DNA of 62,606 nt, filler included, from Chiloscyllium plagiosum (lineage: Eukaryota), in the NCBI RefSeq assembly GCF_004010195.1. It is 3 parts of one record of this genome, joined end to end, with 100 filler letters (N's around TTAATTAATTAA, not from the genome) between each part and the next. Parts side by side here need not be neighbours in the genome. Positions count along the whole stretch, not along the records: positions 30,134 to 56,643 come from NC_057717.1; positions 56,744 to 62,606 come from NC_057717.1; 1 more part is not named here. One strand, written 5' to 3'. Of this stretch, positions 51,652 to 62,606 are shown in pieces. Made by a program: the position numbers and the translations under genes. How positions within the stretch are numbered: the stretch's first letter is position 1; every line of letters starts with the position of its first letter. The notes beneath the pieces are model-generated. The model searched no databases, was not told where the DNA came from, and was given only the letters and a program-made list of their open reading frames with translations.

Positions 51652-53785
51652 TGAAGACAGAGCGTCTGAAATGGGATACAGACAGTGGAGGGAAGACTGT
51701 CTGCAGTGGGATACAGGCGGGGGAGGACAGAGCGTCTGCAATGGGATACAGACAGGGAGAGTGCAGAGCGTCTGCAATGGGATACGGACAGGGGGAGGGC
51801 AGAGTGTCTGCATTGGGATGCAGACAGGGGGAGGGAAGAGCGTCTGCAATGGGATACAGAAGGGGGAGGGCAGGGCGTCTGCAATGGGATACAGACAGNN
51901 NNNNNNNNNNNNNNNNNNNNNNNNNNNNNNNNNNNNNNNNNNNNNNNNNNNNNNNNNNNNNNNNNNNNNNGAAAGGCGGGGGGGACAGAGGTTCTGCAAT
52001 GGGACACAGATTGGGAGAGGACAGAGCACCTGCAATGGGTTACAGGTGGGGTAGGGCAGAGTGTCTGCAATGGGATACAGATGGTGGGAGGGCAGAGCAT
52101 CTGCAATGGGATACAGACAGGGGAGGGAAGACTGTCTGCAGTGGGATACAAATGGGGGATGGCAAAGCGTCTGCAATGGGATACAGACAGGGGAGGCAGA
52201 GCGTTTGCAATGGGATACAGACAGGGGAGGCAGAGCGTCTGCAATGAGATACAGATGGGGGAGGACAGAGGGTCTGCAATGAGATACAGACGGGGCAGGA
52301 CAGAGCGCCTGCAGTGGGATACAGACAAGGGAGGTCAGAGCGTCTGCAATGTGATACAGACGGGGGAAGACAGAGCGTCTGCAGTGGGATACAGACAAGG
52401 GAGGTCAGTGTGTCTGCAATGGGATACAGACGGGGGAGGGCAGAGCGTCTGCAGTGGGATACATTTAGGGGGAGTGCAGAGCATCTGCAATGGGATACAG
52501 ACAGGGGGAGTGCAGAGCATCTGCAATGGGATATGGACAGGAGGAGGGCCGAGCGTCTGCAATGGGATACAGACAAAGGAGGTCAGAGCGTCTGCAATGG
52601 TATATGGAAAGGGGGAGGGCAGTGCTTCTGCAATGGGATACAGACAGGGGAAGGGCAAGGCCTCTGCAATGGGAGACACACTGGGGGTTGGATGCACGTC
52701 TGCAATGTGATGCAGACAGGGTGAGGACAGAGCGTCTGCTATGGATACAGACAGGGGAGGGGAGAGCATCTACAATTGGATACAAACGGCTGAGGGCAGT
52801 GCGTCTGCAATCGAATATAGACAGGGGGAGTGCATAGCGTTTGCAGTGGGATACAGGCGGGGAGGGCAGAGCATCTGCAATGGGATCCAGACAGGGGAAG
52901 GACAGAGTGTCTGCAATGGGACACTAATGGGTGAGGGCAGAGCATCTGCTATGGGATACAGACGGGGAGGCAGAGCATCTGCAATGTGATACAGACAGGG
53001 GGAGGGCAGTGCTTCTGCAATGGGATACAGACAGGGGAGGGGATAGCATCTACAATGTGATATAGACAGGAGGAGGGCAGTGCGTCTTCAATGGGATACA
53101 GACAGGGGGAGTGCAGAGCGTCTGTAATGGGATACAGATGGGGAGGGCAGAGCATCTGCGGTGGGATACAGACAGGGGGAGGACGGAGCATCTGAAATAG
53201 GAGACAGGCAGGGGGCGGGCAGAGGGTCTGCAATGGGACGCAGACTGGGAGAGGACAGATCATCTGCAATGGGATACAGACGAAGGAGGGCAGAGCGTCT
53301 GCAATGGGATACAGACAGTGGAGGGAAGGCTGTCTGCAGTGGGAGACAGACAGCGGAGGGCAGAGCGAGGGCAGTGCGTCTATAATGGGATACAGACAGG
53401 GGAAGGGCAGAGCCTCTGCAATGCGATACAGACGGCTGAAGGCAGTGCGTCTGTAATGGGATTCAGACGGAGAAGGGCGGATCGTCTGCAATGGGATACA
53501 GATGGGGGAGGGCAGAGCGTCTGCAATGGGATACAGACAGCGGAGGGCAGAGACGGAGCAGTGAGTCGACAATGGGATACAGACAGGGGCAGGGCAGAAC
53601 ATCTGCAATGGGATACTGATGGGTGAGGGCAGTGCGTCTACTATTGGATACAGATGGGGAGGCAGAGCATCAGCAATGGGATACAGACAAGGGAGACAGA
53701 GTGTCTGCAATGTGATACAGACAGTGGGAGTGCAGAACGTCTGAAATGAGACACAGGCTGGGGAGGGCACAGCAACAAGCAATGG
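51652..53785 (+). repeat. G-rich ~36-bp minisatellite, roughly 55-60 units, includes a gap
   Basis: Consensus ~CAGACAGGGGGAGGGCAGAGCGTCTGCAATGGGATA, embedded in a plus-strand CR1 remnant (51480-54370). Confidence 0.97.
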
Positions 53786-54424
53786 CATGCAGACATAGGA
53801 TGGCTGTGAGCAAAGCTTCAGCAGAAAAAAAAACAGTGCAATATATATGTGATGGAAATTTTCTGTTTTGGGAAAAAGGTAAAAACAGCAGAAATTTATT
53901 TAAATGCAAGGAGAATGCAGAACTCAGTGTTACAGAGGGATTTGTGTGTCTTAGTACATGAATCACATCAAATTAACCTGAAGATGTAGCAAGTGATTTG
54001 GAAGGTAAATGTCATGATCCTGTTTCGTGCAAGGGGTGTTGGGTATGATCTCAGCGATGTTTTCTGCATCAGTACAGGGCATTGCTGAGATTACATGTGT
54101 TGTATTATGTGTAGTTATAACTGTCTAAACCGAAAAACAAAAACAAAATTGCTTTCGAAATGTTTCAAAGATGTTTCTCTATTCTCATTCTTGGGATGAA
54201 GGCATTACGTTATGAAGAATTAACAGTTCGGCCTGAGAATGAGGGATGTTTTATTGACCATATAAGACCTTGAGAAGAGTGTAGTTGGTGAATACCGGAT
54301 GGATATTTCTTCTTGTGTGGGAGAATAAAACTGGGGAAATACTTTAAGAATAAGTCAGTTTCAAAGGAAAGGTCATTGGACTGTGAATTCTCTTCCTACA
54401 TGCTGACAGAACATGCAGCAATTA

Positions 54425-54915
54425 TAGAACATAGAACATAGAACATAGAAGAATACAGCGCAGTACAGGCCCTTTGGCCCTCGATGTTGCGCCGATCCAA
54501 GCCCACCGAACCTACACTAGCCCACTATCCTCCATATGCCTATCCAATGCCCGCTTAAATGCCCATAAAGAGGGAAAGTCCACCACTGCTACTGGCAGGG
54601 CACGCCATGAACTCACGACTCGCTGAGTAAAGAACCTCCCCCAAAATCTGTCCTATACCTACCTCCCCTTAATTTAAAGCTATGCCCCCTCGTAATAGCT
54701 GACTCCATACGTGGAAAAAGGTTCTCACGGTCAACCCTATCTAAACCCCTAATCATCTTATACACCTCTATCAAGTCACCCCTAAACCTTCTTTTCTCCA
54801 ATGAAAACAACCCCAAGTGCCTCAGCCTTTCCTCATACGATCTTCCTACCATACCAGACAACATCCTGGTAAACCTCCTCTGCACCCATTCCAGTGCCTC
54901 CACATCCTTCCTATA
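54425..54915 (-). mobile_element. Young 5'-truncated CR1 with (ATGTTCT)n tail
   Basis: Intact frame ALEWVQRRFTRMLSGMVGRSYEERLRHLGLFSLEKRRFRGDLIEVYKMIRGLDRVDRE. AGAACAT occurs three times at 54427-54447. Confidence 0.93.
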
Positions 54916-54991
54916 AGTGCCTCCATATCCTTCATTGGGGGAGTGGGAGGTGAGTTGAAGTGTTCGGCCATGGAGCAGTGGGGATGGTCGG

Positions 54992-55674
54992 TGTTAACTT
55001 TTCTGCCTAATTTAAAACGAGCAACACAGAAATATTTAGCTGTAATCTGTAAATATTCGAATGGCCAAGTTCTATTTAAAGTAATAATTAACTACTTTAT
55101 TTCTTAAAGTGTAACAGAGAATAATTAACTCACAACTATGAAAAAATACTTACTTTAACCCATCTTTTACCTTCCCTTCTATGAAATCAGTTACCAAAAA
55201 CTCCCAATTAAGATTTCCTAAACCACATTTCTTATCACTCAACCAGGCAGCTTTCAATTGATCTATTTGGATCTTCCTGTGACTTCTTATCTTCCTCATA
55301 GGAATTTCTGCATCAGAAATTACAGATTTATAAAGTAGTTTTAAGAGAGCTATTTTTCAGGCAGACTGGTGGCATGGCAGTTCTCCTCCCAAATATTAAA
55401 TTTTCCCAGTTTTATACCCCAGAGCATCAGATTGTGTCATTGACTTTTAAGATTGTCAATATAATCAATTCAAAACTGGACTGGAGTTTCATATTTTTCG
55501 AAATATAATTTAAACTGATTGGCCGAATTCAAATTTGTTTTTGTCTCCAGGCAACGAGCTAATCGAGTTGTTTTACCAAATATTACATTCTTACTTTATT
55601 GAGAACATTTGGTGCTGCATCTGATAGTTCTGCTGCGTTTAACCCTCTTAAAGTACACCCAACCCTTCATAACA
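54992..55674. mobile_element. Solo LTR (683 bp) inserted in a Penelope remnant
   Basis: TGTTA...TAACA termini; 5-bp TSD GTCGG (54987-54991) and GTTGG (55675-55679); Penelope sequence resumes on both sides. Confidence 0.8.
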
Positions 55675-56743
55675 GTTGGTGTTGGCGTTTCAGAGATGTT
55701 CCGAATGTGGAGGAGACTACATCAGGTGTAACATTGGTGGAAGTACAGGTAAATTTCTGTCATATGTCGAAGTATCATTTGAGGCCTTGGACGGAGGTGA
55801 GGGGAGAGGTGCGGGTGCAAGTTTTGCACTAAACATCTCTGGGACACCTGAACTTAAAAACCCTACCGCCACGTGCATAAACATCTCAACAAGTGCATGC
55901 AGGTCCTGGGTCTCCTTCATCGCAAACCTTCCAATCCAACACCTGGAGGAAGAATGCCTTATTTTCCTGCATTTTTTGATCTTTTAAATTGGATCAAATT
56001 TGGAGTTGATCATTTCATATTTGTGATGATGCACTCACTGTGGGGATATCCAATCCCAGAGTAAAATCGAAAAAGGGAGTTATGGCTGCAGCAGGGATTT
56101 GGCTGTGCATGAGAAACTCCATTTTTTTTTTAATTAAAGGGATTTGGGTATTGCTGGGTAGGTAAACATTTCCTACGCTTCTGTAATTGCCCAGAGAGCA
56201 TGTAACAGTCAACAAGGTTGTTACGGGTCTGGAGTCACATGTGGGGTCGATGAGGTAAGAATGACAGATCGCCTTCCCCAAAGGACATCAGTGAATGAAA
56301 TGGTTTTTCTTCCTGACAACTGACAACTGTTTCATCATCATCATTGGACTCATTGAAGTTCTAACATCTGCCATGGGGAATGTTACCTAAGTCTATGAAT
56401 TAACAATCTCGTGATAGGTCCATTAGGCCATCGTCCTCCAACATCTATAGTAATGGTGTGAATCCACAGAGATTTAAGGGTTGCTATCATTGAAGCCTCA
56501 CAGTGCCAAGGACCGGGGTTCGATTCCACCCTCCAATGACTGTGTGGAGCGGCCACATTCTCCGCATGGACTTCCTCTGGGTGCTCTGTTTTTTTTTCTC
56601 GCAATCGAAAGGTGTGCATATTAAATGGGTTGCCCTATAGTGTNNNNNNNNNNNNNNNNNNNNNNNNNNNNNNNNNNNNNNNNNNNNTTAATTAATTAAN
56701 NNNNNNNNNNNNNNNNNNNNNNNNNNNNNNNNNNNNNNNNNNN

Positions 56744-58880
56744 TACCATTGAAATATTTACAGCACCTTCACCTTGAGGAATCATGTAAAATACTGGTGT
56801 AAATTATCTCTGTTCTCTGTATCCAGTTCCCCAGTCACACCCTCCAAATGTCCTCAATATACTTTCCTGACTTTCTTTCTACCAAAGATCACACACACCT
56901 CTTGAACTCTTCTTACATACACGGAAAAACTCGCGCTGCTTGTTTTTTATATTTCTTGCCAATTTGCTTACATCACATCATATCTTCTCATTCACCACTG
57001 CTAAAAGCCTGTTTATCTGTTGTCACACCCTCTTTTCCCTGTCACCTACCCCCCACCTTTGGCAAGGAACTAAAATGCCCAGTTTCCGATCGTTTTCAGT
57101 TCTGAAGAAGTGTCACACTGGACTTGAAACGCTAACTCTGTTTCTCTGTCTCTGCAGAGGCTGATAGACCTGCTGAGTTTCTCCAGAAATTAATAGGCAC
57201 AGCACAAATTTTCAATTAAATAAATAACTATGGATACTGGAAATGAAAATGCACAAATTGCTGTAGAAACTGTGAGCTTTGTCGAAGGCTCACTGGACCC
57301 GAAAGATGAACTCAGCTTTCACTCCACAAGATGCAGCCAGACCTGCTTAATTTCTTCAGCAATTTCTGTTTTTCAACATTTTCCAAAGACTTGTTTCGAA
57401 TCTGCTCAAAAGTCCTGTCCGGCATAGAGCGCTGTACATTGGGAAGAGTACAAAACGCAAAATGCGCAGGTTCATTGGTTCTGAAACAACATAAGGCTGG
57501 CATCAGTGACACGACAGAGGTCTTAATCATGGTCAGGGAGAAAAACAGAGGAAAAAACATTCACTTCAAACACAGCAGATGGTATTACGGGAAAGAAAAT
57601 GTTTCAGCTTAATATGTTAAAGTATCTGAGTAATGTAATGAATTAGAGGCGTGACATCAGGGCCCTCAGCAGAATGAGAATATGAAACTGGAAACCAGGT
57701 TCGGTCACTGAATACAGGGTTGATGGGTGAATGGGTCTCGGTGTGAACCGGGGGAAAGTCAGTAGAATTGATTTTCAGGTTTTCAGCTCACACTGGGTTA
57801 TCATGTGATCACAGCAGCAGCCGCAGCAGAATTGCATTCAATCATAATCCATAACTTTTCCCCCAGGGTAATCCATCACTGTACAATTATCATCAAGCCG
57901 AGTGATGGTTCAGTGACGAGTTGGAGTGAACATGCCAGAGTCAGAACCATGTGTATCTAAACCTGATGACAACCCATTAAAGCTACCGTCCTTGACTGGT
58001 TACATTCCAAACAGCAGAACTACCATCTGATGGAGAGGGGAAAAGTGATCCCAAGACAAAAAGCTAAGATCGAAACTCTGCAGCCCTGTCACATTCAGTC
58101 ATCATTGTCGATGGACTATTAAACAACTTACTGGAGGAGAGGACTCCACAAATATCCCCATATTAAATAACGGAACAGCCCTGTACATCAGTATAAAAGA
58201 CAAGGATGTAGTGTCTGCACCATCCACAGCCAGACGTGTTGAGTGGATGATCCAACTCACCCTCGCCATGATGCCCACAGAATCATAGATGCCAGTCTTC
58301 AACCAATTTGATTCGCAGCACGTGACATGAAGAAACAGCTGAACACAGTCGATACGACAAAGGCAATGGGCCCTGACAGCATTGCTGCAATAGAACTGAA
58401 GATTTGTGCTGCACAACAAGCTGTGCTCCTGGGGAAGCTGTCTGGCCACGTGGAAAATTGCTCAACTATATCCAGTCCCATAACAAGGGAATGACTACAG
58501 TCTGACCATTTAACACACCCTCAGTCCCGTCACGATCGTCACGTTGATAAGAGTTCTTTTTGACCGAGCAGTCCAGCAGCATAGAAAAAACCTGCTCAGT
58601 GTGGTTTCCGATAGGTCCCCATGTGGAGATGGTGCTGTTGTGGTAATGTCACTGGATTACTAATCCAGACCAGGCTAATGCTCTGGCAGCTGGTGGAAGT
58701 TAATAACAATTAACAAAATATCGAGATGTAAAACCTGGCGTCAGTAACAGTGACCTTGAAGCCAATGTTGATTGTAAACACCAATTTCCTTCCCCAATGT
58801 GCTTTCAGGAAGTGAATCTCCTGTGCTTTTCTGGTCTGGCCTAAAAGTGACCCCAGGCACACAGACATGTGATACACTCT
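56744..58880 (-). repeat. Right-arm blocks of the inverted duplication
   Basis: 56744-56995 is the reverse complement of 30320-30570 (and 5975-6215). 57390-58880 is the reverse complement of 25700-27850. Confidence 0.9.
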
Positions 58881-59509
58881 TCAATGGTCTCTGATTCGGC
58901 CAAGAAAGACACTCTATTGTATCAAACTGCTCCGNNNNNNNNNNNNNNNNNNNNNNNNNNNNNNNNNNNNNNNNNNNNNNNNNNNNNNNNNNNNNNNNNN
59001 NNNNNNNNNNNNNNNNNNNNNNNNNNNNNNNNNNNNNNNNNNNNNNNNNNNNNNNNNNNNNNNNNNNNNNNNNNNNNNNNNNNNNNNNNNNNNNNNNNNN
59101 NNNNNNNNNNNNNNNNNNNNNNNNNNNNNNNNNNNNNNNNNNNNNNNNNNNNNNNNNNNNNNNNNNNNNNNNNNNNNNNNNNNNNNNNNNNNNNNNNNNN
59201 NNNNNNNNNNNNNNNNNNNNNNNNNNNNNNNNNNNNNNNNNNNNNNNNNNNNNNNNNNNNNNNNNNNNNNNNNNNNNNNNNNNNNNNNNNNNNNNNNNNN
59301 NNNNNNNNNNNNNNNNNNNNNNNNNNNNNNNNNNNNNNNNNNNNNNNNNNNNNNNNNNNNNNNNNNNNNNNNNNNNNNNNNNNNNNNNNNNNNNNNNNNN
59401 NNNNNNNNNNNNNNNNNNNNNNNNNNNNNNNNNNNNNNNNNNNNNNNNNNNNNNNNNNNNNNNNNNNNNNNNNNNNNNNNNNNNNNNNNNNNNNNNNNNN
59501 NNNNNNNNN

Positions 59510-59775
59510 GTTCAATTTCCGCATTGGGTGACTGTCTGTGTGCAGTTTACACATTTTCCCCGTGTCTGCGTGGGTTTCGCCGGGTGTTCCAGTTTCCTCC
59601 CATAACGATGTGCTGGTCAGGTGAATTGGCCATGCTAAACTGGCCTTAGTGTTAGGTGTGTTAGTCAGAGGTAAACATAGGGTCGGGAAATGGGTCTGGG
59701 TTAGTTACTATTCGGAGGGTGGTGTGGACATGTTGCACCGAAGGGCCTGTTTCCATATTGTCGGGAATCTAATCC
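59510..59775 (+). mobile_element. HE1-type SINE, head lost in gap
   Basis: GTTCAATTTCCGC B box, body CCCGTGTCTGCGTGGGTTT, tail GGGCCTGTTTCCA...AATCTAATC. Confidence 0.85.
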
Positions 59776-59989
59776 AACTGGAATCCCGCAGTAGAGTCAT
59801 GTGGTCAGTCAGCTCGCGTGCTTTCTGGTGAAGAGCTTGGTGAAAGGTACAGTGCTGTAGTCAATAACTGTTTTGTGGAAGTGTTGCATTTACAGCACTA
59901 ATTCATGACAATATATGGTTTTAAGATTTACGTAGACTGTGCTGTTGTTTGTGTTACGTTGACTATTATATTTGTTTTGATTTTTCCTG

Positions 59990-62330
59990 ACATTATTGGG
60001 CGTTCGCCCCTTACCCTCCTTTTCCCACAGCCCCCATTATGTTTATTGCTCTGCTTTCTATAATAGTGTTCCACAGGAACACAGATACCGCGTTATCAGA
60101 GAACAACCTGCAATGATCGCTATTCCTCTATCTTCACACCATACTCCTGCACTCTTCCCATCCCTTTCCTGTCTAAATTCATTATTTATATTCAGTGCCT
60201 TGTCTTCCACAGCCTGATCTGGGAGAGAATTCCCCACGTTCACCAGTCTCTGAGTGCAGACATTTATTCTCATCTGAATGCAGAGTGGCTTGTCTGTACT
60301 TAATACTGTGGGCGCCTGTTTGAGATGTTCCAGCCAGGGGAATTATCATCCCTGCTTCCATGCTGTCTCCCCCGTTAGAGTTTTATATATTTCACCCATA
60401 TTCCTAAAGCTCATGGAATAAAGGCCCAGTCATCCCAAACTCTGCTCCTACAACAAGCCTGTCAACCCAGAGACAAGACTGGTCATCCTTTACTGCTCTC
60501 CCCCAATGTCAGGATTGTGCTTTATTTGGTAAGGAGAGCAAAACTGTACACAATACTGCACAATGTTCGAGATGGGGTCTCACCAAGGGCCTGTACAGCT
60601 GCAGTAAGACACCCTTACTCCTGTACTCAAATGATGGTCAACGCACCACTTATCTTCTTAACTGTTTGCACCGTCCATAATCAAACAATCAGAGAAGCTT
60701 AGACTGTGTACTGTCAGAAAAGCAGTACGATCTACATTAGTCCCACTTTCTTACATGGGATCTGTAGCCATAAATGTTATGATACTTCAAGTACGTTTTA
60801 ATCGTTGTGAGATTAGCCATCACAACTATCCTCTCAGGAAGTTTAATCCTGACCCCAACACACTCTGGGTGAAAAACAATCCTCATATCTTCTCTAAACC
60901 TCAACCCCTTCACTTTAAAAGAGTGTTTCCTTGTTCATGTCTCTTTTACTAAAAGGAACAGCTGCTGTCTACCAACCATCTCCATGCCCCTCGTAATCTT
61001 ATCCTTCTGAATCACGTGCCCCTCCGCCTTCTCTGCTCCAACGTGAACAACCCGAGCTTATCTAGCCTCTCTCTATAGCTGATATGCTCCATCCCAGGGA
61101 ACATCCTGGTTAATCTCCTCTGCTCCTTCCACAATGTGACTCCCAGAACTCCACACAGTATTCCATCTGTAGCCGAATTAATCTTTTGTATAACTCTTAC
61201 AATCTATGTCTCAATGAATAAAGGCTATGCCGACAGTCGCATGTGACTTCTGAACTAGCCTATTACCCTGCCTAGTGACATTCAGGGATGTGTCGAGATG
61301 CACCCTCTGAGCTTCCTAGTGTGCTGTCATCCATTGAGTCCTCCCCTGACTGGTTCCTTCTTCCAAAGTACATCACCTCATATTTATCACGGTTACATTC
61401 CATCTGCCATTAATCCACCCATCTGATCATTCCATCTGTATCTTCCTGTAACATAAGACCTTTCGCCTCATTGCCAACAACCCAGACAATCTTTGTGCTA
61501 AACGCAAACTTACTTAACACACTCTTCCCACCCCCCTCCACATTCGCATCTACATCATTTCTGAATAACGCAAATAATAAGGGATACAGCACTGATTCCT
61601 GTGATACTCCAGGGGAGACTGGTCTCCAATCACACAAATAGGTTTCTACCACCACTCTCTGTCTCCTGCCAGTTAGACAACTTGAATATAACTTACTAAG
61701 TTACACTTGATAGTATGAGATTGTACTTTCTTTATTAGTTTCCCATGCGGGCCGTTGACAAAGGTTTTGCTGAAAAACCATAGAAGTGACCTTTCCGCAA
61801 AAAAATCAATAAAATTTGTTCGGCATGACTTCCCTCTGATATCCTCATGCTGACAATCCCTGATCAAATATTGCTTCTCTAAATGAAGATGAATTTTCTC
61901 CTTCCCTATTTTCCCCAATAGCTTCCTTGACACTGATGTGATACTCATTGATCTACAGTTCCTTGGCCTATCTCCACCCGCACTCCTGTAAAGGCTCCAG
62001 TGTGACCAGATCTTACTTAAACGTTTGAGTCAGTGCCTTTCCTCCCTTGTCTCCAGCAGCAGCCTGGGATACAACTCATCCAGCCCCGGGGATTTGTCCA
62101 ATTTTATACCATCCAAAACCATCATTCCCTGCTCGCATCTTATATCAATCCGTTTAAGATCTTCCCACTCCATCTTCTTGAAATATGTACCTGCCTCCAC
62201 ATTCTCCCAAGTAAAACAGATGTGAAGCTCTCATGTCACAAACTATCAATGTTCTCCAGCTTCACACACAAATTGCCCCCTTGGTTTCTAATGGGCCCTG
62301 ATTGTTCCCTGGTTATTCTGTTCTGCTTGA
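59990..62330 (-). mobile_element. Degenerate CR1 LINEs; 60690-62330 resembles 18020-19410 inverted
   Basis: PGVSQESVLYPLLF, LQEDTDGMIRWVD, and a 3' UTR matching 19320-19410. Confidence 0.85.
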
Positions 62331-62606
62331 TGTCCTTGTGGAATATCTTGAAATTCTCGCTAATCTTGCTCATACTTTTCAATGCCCCTATGTTCGTCAC
62401 TCCCCTCTGTGTGATATATTTAAAGTTTCATTTCGATCATCTCTCATTCTTTGAAACTCTACGGAATACTGGCGGAGTTCGCTCATCGGATAATCTTGCC
62501 ATACAAGGGATGATATTGGAGAATGTCCATTCAGTATATGAGATCAGTATGATTTACTTGGATCAGGAAATCAAAGCTGTACACAATACTCCAGGTACAG
62601 ACTAAC

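Noticed and set aside
51652..53785. CRISPR-like array (also 12590-12885)
   Set aside because: Units are contiguous variants of one sequence without unique spacers, there are no cas genes, and the context is vertebrate.
51580..53788. Many long Cys/Pro- or Gly-rich ORFs
   Set aside because: They are translations of the 36-bp minisatellite in several frames, with frequent 1-bp unit-length changes.
1..62606. Ig/TCR/IgNAR cluster as the explanation for the repeated units
   Set aside because: I found no V or C domain Cys/Trp motifs, no J-segment (F/W)GxG and no heptamer-nonamer RSS pairs by eye; a formal RSS scan was not possible.

Overview
Repeat-dense vertebrate genomic DNA. The repeat set (HE1-type tRNA SINEs, many CR1 LINEs, Penelope elements, a Deu-type SINE) points to a cartilaginous fish, probably a bamboo/carpet shark (inference). 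I recognise no intact host protein-coding gene; nearly all listed ORFs are transposon remnants, tandem-repeat translations or run through N gaps. The main structure is an amplicon. A 2-6 kb unit that matches no repeat family I know occurs four times in direct orientation (~2.4-4.3, 7.45-9.8, 32.2-34.5, 41.4-43.25 kb) and once inverted (~49.9-50.5 kb). It lies within an old inverted segmental duplication whose arms (~18-42 kb vs ~50-62 kb) are collinear in reverse order. Comparing the arms reveals a ~2.1 kb 36-bp minisatellite expanded from one CR1 RT motif, a Mutator-like (MULE) transposon at a deletion breakpoint, and arm-specific SINE insertions. Also present are an LTR-like segment with duplicated CArG/kB-like/CCAAT modules, a candidate promoter and first exon, Penelope hairpins and hammerhead remnants, and an 892-bp tandem duplication. 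Boundaries were read by eye and are approximate unless a motif is quoted.
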